A stretch of 64,000 nucleotides of DNA, from NCBI RefSeq assembly GCF_028641065.1, contig NC_073405.1:11780001-11844000 (forward strand). Direction: 5' to 3'. The notes beneath the pieces were generated by a model. That model made no database searches. It was not told the DNA's origin and saw only the letters and a list, made by a program, of their open reading frames with translations. The position numbers were made by a program, and so were the translations under genes. Of this stretch, positions 23,793-37,800 are shown one piece after another. This DNA comes from Leucoraja erinacea. Its lineage: Eukaryota. Within the stretch, counting starts at the first letter, position 1. Each line of letters begins with the position of its first letter.

Positions 23793-24890
23793 GTATGAAG
23801 TTCATTTGTTTCTGCCATGTCATTCATTCACCTTGGGTGTTAGGTTAGATTGTAACGTAACACCTAAATCATGTTAAGTTTTCACTCTGACTTGGTTTTT
23901 TGACCAACTAAGGTTGTTCTTTAGATTTATCATGGGGTGAAAATTAATGTTCTCTACTGACTACATCAGAATGTTGTGTGCTCTAGCTTTCATCTCTGAG
24001 ATCAGAGGGCGTATAAACTAGATTAATATTCCAATAGAAAAATGCGGCATGGCTTTGATGTCTTAGAGTGAAACTATAAATTGGGCCTTTTTCTGATTTC
24101 TTCAGAACATTAAGATCTTATCACATCATCCAGGGAAGAAAGAAAATAATGACATTTCTCCCATTGTGGTTGGTATTTATTTGAACCAATCATCCAGTTA
24201 GTTGCTATTTTTAGTCATTAAAACAACTATGAAATATTTTTCAGTGACATGAGATCCTCTATGGGGGGAAGCCTGATAAATAGTGAAAGATGCTGTAGCT
24301 GAGATTGGTGGTATGCGTATTCAAGCTTTTGTGTCTTCTGTGATGGGAGAAGGAATAAAGGGAATAACTGGGTTAGAAAAGGTTTAGGAATGTATTGCAG
24401 ATGCTGGTTTAAACCAGAGATAGACAAAGTGCTGGAGTAACTCAGTTGGACAGGCAGCATCTCTTTGGATCAAGACCCTTCTTCAAACGTCACCCATTCC
24501 TTATCTCCAGCGGTAGAAAAAGTCCTTGATTGCTAATTACTGAAAAATAGGCTCCTTTCAAATCATGTGTTGAAGGTGTTTTTGCAGCAGGGAAGCTAGT
24601 TCCTGTTCTCACTGACCAAAGTAGCAACTACTAAACGCGATGGGTTTTGGTTTAGAAAAATGTGCAGCTACAATTTTCGCATTTCGGAGTGCTATTTACT
24701 CTTGTTTAATCTTGCAGATAGATTACGCCAAGAAGCTTTGTTTACATTTGAGAAAGATGTAAAGCAACAAATTACCTTGTTATTTACAATGCTCAATAAA
24801 TTTCCACACTTGGATGTATCAGGTCTTACACATGGGATCTTCCTAATTTAACTTGTGGCATCTAACTTCATGTGCATTTTCCTTGTCCAG

Positions 24891-25204
24891 GTTTACAATG
24901 CGGCAGTGCATTATTTCGACATGAAATCGGCTATGTCTTTGGTCAGATGCAGCATGAAGCCAGTATTCCTCCGCTTGTAACAGCGTTAAAAAAAATGGAT
25001 GAGAGCTCCATGGTACGTCACGAGTGTGCAGAAGCTTTGGGTTCCATCGCCAAAGAGCCGTGTGTGGAAGTATTGAAACAATATCTGCACGATAAAGAAC
25101 GCGTTGTGAAAGAGAGTTGTGAGGTGGCACTGGACATGTCTGAATACGAAAACAGTCCCGAGTTCCAGTACGCTGACAGTCTGATCAGATTACAGCCAAG
25201 CTGA
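24891..25204 (+). CDS. DOHH: DOHH exon 4 to stop codon (total CDS 900 nt, 299 aa)
   Basis: [55 protein letters not shown]. All four His-Glu metal-binding motifs are present across the exons. Confidence 0.97.
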
Positions 25205-26663
25205 TGTGGAGAATTTAATATCGACTCAATGGGACTTCTATCACACAGCCGATAGACTCTTGAAAATCTTTGACACAATTCTCAGAACCTCTTCCAGTAT
25301 TGGAGATATTTATTGTAAATTTCTTGATGTTTAATTGTAACTTGTAGAAATGACAATGAAACGCGTTGCTTTATTTATCTATTGTCGTACCTCTTTACAT
25401 ATAGAGGATACTTGGACCATCAAATCTTTGCTAGCTCTGAGTATTGCCATCAATCTTATTCCCCGGTAACCTAAGATAAATACAAAGTTCTGGAATAAAT
25501 GAGCAGGTCAGGCAGCATCTCTGGAGGACCTGGGCAGTCGACGACCCACAACATTATTTCACCACTTACTCCACGGATGCTGCCTGACCAGCTGAGCTAT
25601 TTCAGCACTTTGTGTTTGAATTAGTTAATGCATTAGATATGATAAAGATTGACACAGTGGTGCCTCGGTCATTACTTATGCCTCAATTCCAGTGATTGAG
25701 TTTCGATCCAGCATCTGCAGTTCCTTTTTTCCCCTGGAACCTATTCCATCTCACATGTTCATCAACTCCCCCTACTCCATTTGATTCTTCTGCCATCCTC
25801 CCAGACCAACGATAATTTCTAGTAATCGAGTTGCTACCAGCATATGTGTGAGGAAACTGACGCACCTGGGTGAAGCCTGAGAGGTCACAGAGAATGCAAA
25901 TTTTCACACAGGCACCGGAGACGGATGAGGATGCTGATCTGATTTTCTTTATGTTCAGCAGCTAAATGACCCCTGAGAAGGATTGGACCTTAATCCAATG
26001 AACGTACAATTCTCAAAACTGGTAACTTCCTCCAAATAATGAAACCAAGTTGCTGGAATTGTGAGGCAGCAGCAATAAGTGATGCTCCACTGAGTCATTC
26101 TTTATATTGTGTCTAATTTATTAACTAATTCAAAATTTGATCATTTTATATGATATTTTATTAGCTGCTAATTTGGGGGAAAATACAAGCAAATGTAGTA
26201 CTATGGGGGGGGAAAGGTTTCATTGATGATTGCAGATCTGTACTTTGGAACTCTGAAATCCTTGCACATAAGGTATTAGAAGCAATTTAGAATCTGTATC
26301 CCTTGTGCATTTTTAGGAAATATTAAATGTTTTTTGCAAATTCTGCAACTTAATTTTTTACTGCTCTAGTGTGTAACTGATAAAGTTTGGTAAAGTAAAC
26401 TTGTAACCTAGGAACAAAAATTATAAACAAGATAGAACATAGCGTAGTATAGCACAGGAACAGGCTCACAGTTTGTGCCAAACGTGATCCCAAGTTATCT
26501 GATCACCTCTGCCTGTACGTGATCCATGTCCCTCCATTCCCTACACTACCACGTGCCTATCTAAAAGCCTTTTAAATGCTATTATTATATCTGTCTCCAC
26601 CACCACTCTTGGCAATGCATTCCAGGTCCCCACTATGTGTAAAACAAAAACTTGCCCCACACA

Positions 26664-27183
26664 TCTATCTATACCTATAAAACGCTGATCGTTTATTTGT
26701 TTGCTTGTGTGTGATTCACAGCTTCTCGAAAACCCGACGCACTAATGCTGAATTTTTTACATATTCTGGTAGAGATTTACCTCATGATGTCGAAAATTGC
26801 CTCATCTGAAAATTTAGTTCATTATTTCTTCAGTTATTTCTTCAAATTCTTCACCGGTCTACAACTAACTGAAGCTGAAGCTTATGGGCTGATGATGTCA
26901 CAATGCCTGCTCCTCGCAGGGAGCTGCGCAGATCTTTTTACAGGTGCATCCTGCTGGCCATAGTTTTACACAAGCCTGCGAAAATTGCCTCGAAAATTTA
27001 GGTCATTACCCCCCCCCCCCCCCTGAAGCTGAAACTATGGGCTGATGATGTCACAACTCTGCTCCTCGCAGGGAGCTGCGCAGATTTTTTAAGGTGCATC
27101 CTGCTCCGCGGCCAACCCCCCCCCCCCCCCCCCCCCTCTCACTCCGACGGCCAACCCGTGAGATGCCCCCCCCGCCCCCCCAG

Positions 27184-27215
<32 letters not shown>

Positions 27216-27520
27216 AGGGCTCTGGATTGAGAACACTATTGATGATGTCGCAAAGAGCGACACGCAGTATGCTCTCGCCTCGGGCCACGTACTACAGCTC
27301 TCTCCCCCGCTTTTCGCAGCACCATTGCTCACCTCGCTCACCCTGGCTCCCCCCCCTTTTCTTCCCCCCCCCTCCTTTTCTCTCCCCCCCCCCCCCCTCC
27401 ACTCTCTCCCCCCCCCTCTCTCCATCTCTCTCTCCCCCCCTCCCTTGGTACTCTCTCCCCCCCCGCCCCACTCTCTCCCCCCCCTCTCTCTCTCCCCATC
27501 CCCCTCTACTTTTTGATCTC
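26664..27520 (+). mobile_element. Helitron-like element, 5' part (same family as 5690-7160)
   Basis: A|TCTATCTATACCTATAAAACGCTGATC 5' end, inserted in a CR1 fragment; internal duplication and poly-C tracts. Confidence 0.7.
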
Positions 27521-27535
27521 TCACTTTAAGCCCCT

Positions 27536-27666
27536 CCCTAAATTTTCAGGCAAAAAAAAGATGAAAGGCATAGGGTGATTTCACGAAAGGTCACTGGAGC
27601 GTAGATCCGCACCCACGTGACCGAAAATCTCAACTGGAGTACATGCTATACATCAATGGGAAAACA
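27536..27666 (+). mobile_element. Rearranged partial copy of the 17343-18056 foldback element
   Basis: CCTAAATTTTCAGGCAAAAAAAAGAT and TAGGGTGATTTCACGAAAGGTCACTGGAGCGTAGATCCGC match the foldback arms. Confidence 0.85.
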
Positions 27667-28814
27667 AGTCCTAGGGTACTTTTAAAGCAGTGATTAACAG
27701 GTTCTTGATTAGTAAGGGTGTCAAATGTTACAGGAGAATGGGATTGAGGAGGAATGATAGATCATTGGGATTGGGGAGGAGTAGACTCGATGGGCCGAAT
27801 TACCTAATTCTGCTTCTTTGATTTATGAAGGAACTGTAGATGCAGGTTTATAGCAAAGATAGACATAACATTCTGGAGTAACTCAACAGGCCAGCAGCAA
27901 CAGAAGAAAGTGGTGATATTTTGGGTCGAGATTCCGGAGCAGCCTTCTGGAGTTGCCGCTACGAAGCCGTGGCCTCGTGGGTTGAAGGTAAAGCCTTGCG
28001 AGTGAACGACGACCCATGGGGCTGTGAGCTGCAGCTGGGCTCTGGGTCGGCGCCACGGAGGCATCCGGAGAAGAAACGGTGGCAATAGTGGAGAGGTTGA
28101 TGTGGCAGTCGATGATGGGCCGACCGACGGACATGTGGAAGTGAGGACGCCGCTGTCTGGGGAAGGGAAGAAGGAGGACCCGGTGTGGAAGGACCACCGT
28201 GAGGAAGGGGGAAGAACGATGGACAATGAAGGACATGGCGTGAGGGGGAGGGGGGGAACTTTGCGAGCACCCTTTATGGGCGACTGCATACAAGTATACA
28301 AGCAATGGATTTCACTGTTATTTGTCACGTGACAAACTATTCAATTCACAACTTCAGATAATAAATTTGGAACAGTCGGGCTGAACGGCCTGCTATATGC
28401 TTTCATAACTGCTTCCTTAAATGTTATATCTGAAACGTTAAACTTTCTCACTGCAAGTGCTGCCTGACTCAATGAGTGTTTCTGGCATTTATTTTTTATT
28501 ACAGAAGGTAATTGATGCAAGGGCTTCTTACTTGCATGCTCCACATAGCCTTCACATCCAGGCTCACGTGCACATATACGCACACAATGACTATCTCCTT
28601 GCCCTGTAACTAAGATTTGGTAATTTATAAAAGTGCACCTTGTACCATCCTAATGCTGTTTATCTGTTTATATTAATTTACCTTTTAATTGCGTCATATG
28701 TAATTTCTTAGCCTCGGCTTTGTATTTTGTAGCTTGAAGGTTATAACTGCAATTATTAGGCGTGTCTGTAAATCACGAGCTCTAAATACTGTGCTCATTT
28801 ATGTCATAGCCATA

Positions 28815-29450
28815 GAGTGATACAGCATGGAAACAAGCCCTTCAGCCCAATTTGCCCACACCGGCCAACACGTTCCAGCTACACTAGTCTTATCTGCCCA
28901 CGTTTGGCATATTTTCCTCCAAACGCGTACTATCCATGTACCTCTCTAACTTTCTTAAATGTTGGGATAGTCCCAGCCTCAACAGCTCGTTCCATACACC
29001 CTCCACCCCTTGCGTGAAAAAGGTACCCCTCAGATTCCTATTAGATCTTTTTCCCTTCATCTTAAACCTGTGTCCTCTGGTCCTCGATTCACTTACATTG
29101 GGCAAGAGGCTCTGCATCACCCTGATCTTTTCCTCTCATGATCTTGTACACCTCAATAAGATCACCCCTCATCCTCCTGCGCTCCATGGAATAGAGTCCC
29201 AGCCTACTCAACCACTCCCTATAGCTCAAACCCTCTAGTCCTGGCAACAACCTCGTAAATTTTCTCTTGCTTTCCAGCCTGACAACATATTTTCCTGATG
29301 CCCAGAACTGAAAATAATACTCTAAATGTGGCCTCGCCAACATCTTTTACAACTGCAAAGTGACCTCCCGACTTCTTTACTCAATATTATGACTCATGAA
29401 GAGCAATGTGCCAAAAGGCTTTTTGACCACCCTATCTACCTGCGACTCTT
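28815..29450 (-). mobile_element. Degraded CR1 3' fragment
   Basis: Minus-strand ORFs contain RPHLEY..LSYRE.L.RLGLYS.ERRRMRGDLIEVYKI. Confidence 0.8.
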
Positions 29451-30243
29451 AAGGCAGTATACAAAGGTGAATATGAAATAAGCTGACATACACAATGTGC
29501 AAGACCTTATGTTAACTATCATTGCTTTCATTTGAAGTTGATGTTAAGTGTGCTTATTGCCATACATTCTTTTTTCTGTTACCTGTTATATTATTCCTTA
29601 CTTTCAACAAATGTTTGAAATATGGCACAACATGGAGCTCTGCCTCACAGTGCCTTAGAGTTGGGCTTTGTGACCTTGGGTGTTGTCTGAGTGGAGTTTG
29701 CACATTCTCCCTGTGACCAAGTGGGTTACCTCTGGGTGCTCCAGTTTCCTCCCATATCGTAATGATGTGTGGGTTTGTAGGTTAGTTGGCCCTCTCACCA
29801 TCTAGAGTGCAGTCCTGATCTCCCATCTACCTCGTTGGAGACTTTTAAATTATCTTTAATCAGACTTTGTCTTGAAACTAAATCACTAAACTAAACTAAA
29901 TAAAATAAGTGTCTCCTGTCCTGTGACAAAAATATTTGGGCTCAGGAGCAGATACTTCACTACCTTGAGATGGAAGAAAATGAGGGATGAATATATAATG
30001 AGTGGTAGAGCATTATAGAACCAGCCCCTTTAAAGGTACTCCTATGAATCTACTCGATGCCAGGAAGAAATGCAGCTTCTAAAGGATTAAGAACAGGAGA
30101 GGATAAAGGATATTATTTAATAAGGCTTGTCAGCTGGATCCTAGGGTTAATCTGCACGATATGTATTTAACAATGCAACCTTGTTTGTAATACACACAGC
30201 ATCTGCAAGGTACAGCTATAATAACGGGAGCACTACTTCATAA

Positions 30244-30486
<243 letters not shown>

Positions 30487-30963
30487 TAACCTCCAATTTA
30501 AAATTACATCACAAAAAAGTTACTATTTGGGTAGAACAGAAATCTTGGGAAGGCCACCAGGCAATCCTTGAACTGATGATTTCAATTTGGGGGACACAGT
30601 GGTGCAGCAGTAGAGTTGCTGCCTTACCATGCCAGAGAGCTGGGTTTGAACTGTTATCTGTATGGATGTTGTCTGTATGGAGTTTCTATGTTCTCCCTGT
30701 GACTGTTTGGCAGAACTAGTTGCAGTCTTGTATAATTTATATTCTTGCGTGTTTGCCTGAGTCTCTGTGTCAGTGATGCTGTTCTCATTGTGTCCGTACC
30801 TCACCCTACTTCTGCATTAACGTGACTTGACTTGACACAACACCATCTGGATCAAAGCAGCCCACGTGATTAGCACACCATCTACCATCCCAAACATGAA
30901 TTACTCCACCACCAGAGCTCAGTAACTACAGTGTGTGCTGTATTCAAAACTCACAACAGTTAT

Positions 30964-31099
30964 CTTCTTCTTTCATGTGTCGTGCACAGCCTAAAGTTGT
31001 TGGACAACTTGTTCTATTTGATCTTCCGTTTGTGCACGTCGAGTTGATTGCATTAGTCGAAACAGGGCGGACCACATGAAGGTTGCAATCTTCCACCCC
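30964..31099 (-). mobile_element. Short retroposon A (about 136 bp): 5' HDV-like ribozyme, (GAA)n tail, TSD
   Basis: TSD AACAGTTAT at 30955-30963 and 31102-31110 (11 bp allowing one mismatch); minus-strand tail GAAAGAAGAAGA. Confidence 0.85.
31046..31099 (-). ncRNA. Minimal HDV-like (double-pseudoknot) ribozyme motif, 54 nt
   Basis: GGGGUGG(P1) AA GAUUGCA(P2) ACC(P3) UUCAUGU(L3) GGU(P3') CCGCCCU(P1', G1-U wobble) G UUUCGA(minimal P4) CUAA(J4/2, catalytic C at 31056) UGCAAUC(P2'). Confidence 0.8.
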
Positions 31100-32218
31100 A
31101 TAACAGTTATTCACCCAGGCTACTCCTAACGCAGCCCTAAAATCACAACCTCTATCATACAAAGGTCCAGGCTGGCACATAGATACACTGCCTTCACCTA
31201 CAGGCTTCCCACCGTCAAACCTCATCCTGATCATCACTGGTCCTTCACCATTGCTGCATCTAAATCTGGAAGGTCCCTCCCCAAAACCATAGGGGGGGAG
31301 CACCATCACCAGAATGGTGACTCACCACCACCATCTCAGAGATAATTAAGGTTGGATAATAAATCCTGGCCTGGTCACCACTGCCTCAGAAAATAAATCT
31401 GAAGCTTCATAGAGTCCAGCTAGGTCTTGTCTCCACCATTAAGCTGGATCTGAGTGGTGAAGGAAAGGTGTAGACCCTTTTAGTGGAGTCAGGACCAGGC
31501 AAAACTGACCGATTTGTCATTTGGAATCAGAATCAGAACACAAATTGCTGGATGAACTCAGTGGGTCAGTGATTAGAACATAGACAGGCGATGTTTCAGG
31601 TTTTGGATCCTTCTTCGAATCAGAACCAAAATGTCGCCTGTCCATTCCTCCACAGATGATGTCTGATCCGCTGAGTTGTTCTAGCACTTTGCATTCTGTT
31701 CAAGATTCCAGCATCAGCAGTTCCTCGTGTTTCCAATGAACCTTAACTCCTGATTTTTGACAGAACAGGGTTATCTGTCACTTAAAGATGGACACAAAAT
31801 GCTGGAGTAACTCAGCGGGCCAGTCAGCATCTCTGGATAGAAAGTATGGGAGACATTTCGGGTCGAAACCCTTCAGACAGTCTGAAAAAGGGTCTTGACC
31901 CGAATCGTCACCCATTCCATCTATCCAGTGATGCTGCCTGCCCCGCTGAGTTACTCCAGAATTTTGTGTCTATCTTCGGTGTAAACCCGCATCTGCATTT
32001 CCTTCCTAAACATTTAACTGTCACTTAAATGACTAAGAACCAATTATTTAAACCCAACTGCAAACTCCAGCAAGAAGCCACCAATCATTGTCTAACATGG
32101 TCCAGCACAGTCTAGCGATTGGTCATTAATGCAGTGAATCCGTGCAACTTCACCCTTATCATAAACAGAACGGACAGATTGATGCTTATTTCTAAAGCAG
32201 TACTTGCCTCCACTACAG

Positions 32219-32385
32219 ATTGCTTCTTTGGACCTAGTACTGACTTGGAAGACTGGAAGATGCAAATTACTGATGATGATTTCATTGTGAAGATTGAAGA
32301 GCCAGAAGAACAAATGGACCATGTCAACATTGCAGTTGACATCCCGAAAATCTGCGTTACATCAAGCCACGCGCCGTACCAATGA
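32219..32385 (+). CDS. SMIM44: SMIM44-like exon 2 to stop codon (DCFFGPSTDLEDW..HAPYQ; total 124 aa)
   Basis: ctacAG acceptor; phase-1 join gives HDFA-DCFFGP (compare SMIM44 HDLADWAFGP); AATAAA at 32579 and 32588. Confidence 0.8.
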
Positions 32386-33639
32386 CTCCATTAAACGACT
32401 GCCGCTGATGTGGACAAGAAAAATAAGGTTGACAACAAAACCTCGCGACATTACGGAAATGTGCAGCTAGTTCCCGAGAGAGACAAAGATCCGTCCGAAA
32501 GATTTTTGAATATTGGGTCAATATTGCTGTAAAACGATACTGTAGCCAATTGTTGTTAAATTCAATTATATTTAAATGAATAAACTAAATAAACCAATTT
32601 CCCAAAGAGCTTTTCTCCCTTTCCTGCATCAGCGTGGTAAATGGAATTAAATTGTTCAGGATATGTTCTCTGATTTCCACTTGACAAAGAATTGGTAGAA
32701 GTTGCTTTTATTCTTGTTAAGGGCTGTGGAGGCCAAGTCAGTGGATATTTTTAAGGCAGTGATAGACAGCTTCTTGGTTAGAATTGATGTCCAGGGTTAT
32801 GGGGAGAAGGCAGGTAAATGGGATTAGGAGGCAGTGATCAGCCATGATAGAATGGCAGAGTGGACTCTATGGGCCGAATGGCCTCATTCTACTCCGATAA
32901 CTTGTGAACAATTAAGTGTTTTATTCAGCAGTGAAGCTGAGAATTTAATATGTGGAGCAAAGGTGATCTCAGTCGTAAACCGACAACTATTTTCTGGGGA
33001 GAAAGCTTGTCACTGCTGGAGATGCATATCGTATCATGTTCACAGAACATGGAGCAGTACAGCACCGGAACTCTGTACTCTTAGTCTGAAGGACTGATGT
33101 TCTTCCTACCCCCATCCCAACCCCACCCTCCCCCACAACCCCACCTACGTTTACACCAGCCATGTTGTACTGAAGTCCTGAGCAGACATTAGTAAATGAC
33201 AAAGGATGAGAAGACCTTGCTCTGTGCTGGTACATGGAACAATACAGCACAGGAGCAGGCCCTTCGGCCCACCATGTCTGTGCTGACCATGGTGCCAAGT
33301 TAAACTCATGCCATCTGCCTGCTCATGTATCCTATCTCTTCATTCCCTACCTGTTTGTGCGCTAGTCTAAATGCCTCTCAAACATTACTACCCTATCTGC
33401 TTCCACCAACTCCACTGGCAGCATGTTCTAGGCACCCAACTTGTCTTGAGGTTCTGAGATTCCAGCAACCTTCCTGTAACAGTGGATTGAACGACACGCT
33501 GTACTTTCTCTCTACAAGGTGACCCCTCCATATACTCAGTCATCTCCAGAGTATTTCTGCCTGGATAGCACCTACAAATTTTCACGGCACCACGGTACAC
33601 GTGACAATAATAAACCAATACCAATACTAATAAGGAGGT

Positions 33640-34095
33640 CCTACTGCCTGGTGAGACCGCATCTAGAGTATTGTGTGCAATTTCGGTCTCCTAATTTGAG
33701 GAAGAACATTATTGCTATTGTGCGAGTGCAGCGTAGGTTCACCAGGTTAATTTCTGGGATGGCGGGACTGACATACAATGAAAGAATTGACTGGGCTAGT
33801 ATTCATTGGAATTTTGAAGGATGAGAGAGGATCTTATAGAAACATATAAAATTCTTAAAAGATTGGACAGGCGAGATGCAGGAAAAATGGTCCCGATGTT
33901 GGGGGAGTCCAGAACCGGGGGTCACAGTTTAAGAATAAGGGATAGGCCATTTAGGACTGAGATGAGGAAAACCTTCTTCACCCAGAGAGTTGTGAATCTG
34001 GAATTCTCTGCCACAGAAGGCAATGGAGGCTAATTCACTGGATGTTTTCAAGAGATAGATATATATTCCTGCACCTATTTTTTCTATGTTTCTAT
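33640..34095 (+). mobile_element. CR1 3' fragment
   Basis: LVRPHLEYCVQF..RRFTRLI..DLIETYKI in two frames. Confidence 0.8.
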
Positions 34096-34834
34096 CTGAT
34101 TTTTAATTCACAGATTTTATTCAATTGGAAAATGTTAGGCTAATTTAGTACCTCAAAATTATAGGTCAGGAATTGAGGCTAAAATATTGTCTCCAGGACC
34201 TTTACAATAGAGCCCCCTTTTCAATAGGAATCACAAAAAAACATCTATGTTAGCTGCCTTTCATAAGCCCCACCCTAATGTTCTGCATTGAAGACAAAGT
34301 GTTTTGTTGGAATCTGCAACAGGAATTCAGAAAATGCACATTAAAGATACCAGTAACAGCTCAAAGCTCTCTACGTTAGCTGTAAATTTGGGGAGTTGAT
34401 GCTTCGATTTCCAAGGGTCTCTGTATAAAAGCAGAGTTTAATCTGCCAATTTGAGCACAAAACTGGGTGAGCACTGCATGAGTCTCACTCTCCAGAAACA
34501 AAACCTAGCACCTGCTCCCAGCGAAAAAAAGATTTCAAAGTCCATTCTTTCGTTGTTTATTTGCAAAAGCACCAGATAATAATATAGCTCATGTTGAATT
34601 AAATCTTCAGGTTGTTACTGTGCTTTCACTAAAACTCCCATGCAACATTCATAAAACAAAGCTTCTTTTTAAAGGTCCTAGTATTCCTAAATATTCATGA
34701 GTATTTATTAGTTTAATTGCACACACAATTGCCTGCAGTGTTCAGAACTTTGATCCTTGGCTTGCCATATAGATCAGAGCACTCGGGTCACCTGTACTCA
34801 TTGTTTGGCACCATCTTAGATTCACCTGGTGAAA

Positions 34835-34898
34835 ATGGCTTTACCCTGGCAACCCCTTATTGTTCTGCTTTTAATCAACACTGCAAGTGCACAGAGCC
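34835..34898 (+). CDS. SMIM24: SMIM24/PDZK1IP1(MAP17)-family gene, exon 1 (signal peptide MALPWQPLIVLLLINTASAQS)
   Basis: Kozak AAAATGG; hydrophobic signal peptide with an A-S-A cleavage pattern; donor C|GTAAGT in phase 1, compatible with the next exon. Confidence 0.75.
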
Positions 34899-37800
34899 GT
34901 AAGTACTATCTTATTATTTTTCCGTGCTCTATCTCTCAAGAAACCTGAGTTGTAACTCTGTTTACAAGGAGGAAGTGTCCAATGAAAAGATTTTTATTAT
35001 GAAGTGTCAAAAGTCATTTTAATTCTGCCCATTCACTTTTACAGTAAACCTGGTGTTCCAAGCAACCCACCCCACTGAGGGCTGTTTTATTTTAATTCTT
35101 GCAGAAATGGAAATTAGAGTTGTGGGATATCTCTTCCTGGAAATGTGTGCCCAGAGCTCTAACTTTTAAATTTAACATTTCCTGTAAATTTCACCCTTCG
35201 GGAGATTTTATGGGCACAGATAAACATTTATTGAACAGTGTCAATTGGAATACTTGTCTATATTTATGGACCCTTGAATAAAAACATGTTTTAGTTTAAA
35301 AAAAACAGCATGGAATCAGGCCCTTCAGCCCACTGAATCCGTGCACATTATCAATCACCCATTCATATTAGTTCAGCGTGATCCCACTTTGTCATCCACT
35401 CCCTGCACATTTGGAGCAATTAACACAGGCCAATTAACCAACAAATCCACTCGCCTTATTGTCTCTCATTGTCATGTGTACCATTGTCAGGTACTGTGAA
35501 CAGCTTTGTTTTGCATGGTATCCAAACAGACCAGATAATACCACACATTAATATGTTCAAGCAAAACTCAAGTACAACAGTTTGAGCAAAGAGGAAGACA
35601 TATAGTGTGGAATGTAGTTTCTCAGCATTGAAGCAAAGCAATTCCAGAGATGGAGTCTAATGTCTGTGATGTGATGTAGGAGAAGCACTAATACCCTGGC
35701 TTATGGAAGGGCCGTTCAGAAGCCTGATACCCGAGGGGAAGAAGCTGTTCCTGAGTCTGGTGGTGCACGCTTTGAAGGGAATGGGGTGAAGAAGGAATGA
35801 CCAGGGTGGGAAAGGTCTATCTTTATGTTGGTTGCTTTGCAGAGGTAGCGTGAAGTGGAGATGAAGTCAATTGTGTGGACTCTGGTCTGTATGACAGACT
35901 GTGCTACACAACTCTCTTCGATTTGTTGCTGTGTCTTAAACCGAGCTCTGATGCAACCCGACAGTATACTTTCTATGTAATAACAGGAACTGCAGATGCT
36001 GGTTTATACCAAAGACACAGACAAAGACACGGTATGCTTTTTATGGCAAATCTGGTGTAATAATTGTCTTTAGGAGTCTCTTAAGAGTCATTTTACTTGT
36101 AAGGGAAAAGTGTTTAATTAAACAATATTCAATGTAAAGTCAAAAATAATGTTAATTTTGTCTATTTGCCTTTGCACTAAAACCTGATGTATCAAACACA
36201 TTTGCCAGGACTTGAGGGCCTGAGCCATAGGGAGAGGTTGAACAGGCTACGACTTTAGTCCTTGGAGGCTGAGGGATGATCTGATAGAAGTGTATAAAAC
36301 TATGAGTGTAGATAGAGTGAATGCACAGAGTCTTCCCAAGAATAATGGAATCAAGAACCAGAGAACATACAGTAGATTTAAAGTGAGAGGGCGAAGATTT
36401 ACTATAAATCTGAGGGGCACGTTTTTCACTCAGAAAGTGGTGGGTATACGAAATAAGCTGCTAGAGGAGATAGTTGAGGCAGGTACTATAACAACATTTA
36501 AAAGATGCTTGGAGATCTATAGGGATAGGAAAGGTTTCAAGAGATTTTGGCCAAAAACAAGAAACTGAGAGTAGCTTAGATTTGATATCTTGGTCGGCAT
36601 GAATGAGTTGGGCTGAAAGGTCTGTTCCCATGCTGTATGACTCTAAGTGCTGGCAACTCATCGCGCCAACCAAACACACATAGTTCAATAAGTTAGACAA
36701 AAAACGCTGGAGAAACTCAGCGGGTGAGGCAGCATCTATGGAGCGAATGAAATAGGTGATGTGTTTCGGGCCGAGACCCTTCTTCAGCCCACCCGCACAT
36801 CAGTCTGAAGCAGGACTCAACCTGAAACGTCGCCTATTTCCTTCGCTCCATAGATGCTGCCTCACCTGCTGAATTTCTTCAGCAGTTTTGTCTATCTTTG
36901 ATTTTCCAGCGTCTGCAGTTCCTTCTTGAACAAATAGTTCAATGTTAATTGTTTTCCATGATTTGATATGTAACTATGATTTACAATGGACATTATTTTG
37001 GTTGCACTATATACTTTGGTTTAGCACTGTTATGGGCTGATAAGTTAGTACTATTGATTTTTTAATTTGTTTTAGTATTGCTTATCATATGGAGAACCAA
37101 GGAACTGCAGATTGTGATTTACAAACAAAAACTCAAGGTGCTGGAGTAACTAAGCAAGTCAGGCAGCAACTCTATAGGACATGGATAGGTGACGTTTTCA
37201 GGTCGAGACCCTTTTTCAGATTGATCGTTGTAGCGGGAGAAAGTTGGAAGAGGGGGGAGGTGATTGGCAGATGGGTGGAGTAGGTGACAAATGCTAGAGA
37301 TGAAAAGGAGACAAAAAGGTGTTAGGCAAGGAGAGAAGAGGAGGGATATGTGTAGGCAGAGGAAGGGATATAAATGGAAGGGAATGGGTGGATTATTGTA
37401 CATTTATTCTCGTGTTATTGTATTGGTGCGTTTGTAAAGCTGCAGGGAGTAAGGATTTCACTTTTCTGTTGCTGGTACATACGATGACTAAACACTCTCA
37501 GCTTCTCTCTTCATAAGGGTGGCACAGTGGCACAACTGGTGCCAGAAGCCTGGGTTTGATCCTGACCACTCCTGCCTGTGTGGAGTTTGCATGATCTTCT
37601 GGGTGCTCCAGTTTTCACCCATTTCCCAAGGTCATGTGGATTTGTTGGTTAATGGGTCGCGGTGAAATTGCTCCTAGAGTGGATGAGAGAGTGGGATAAC
37701 TTACAGCTAATGGGAATGGGTGACCAGACCGATGGTCGCCGCAGACACCGTGGGCCAAAGAGCGTGTTTCCATGCTGTATCTCTAAAACTAAAACTAAAT

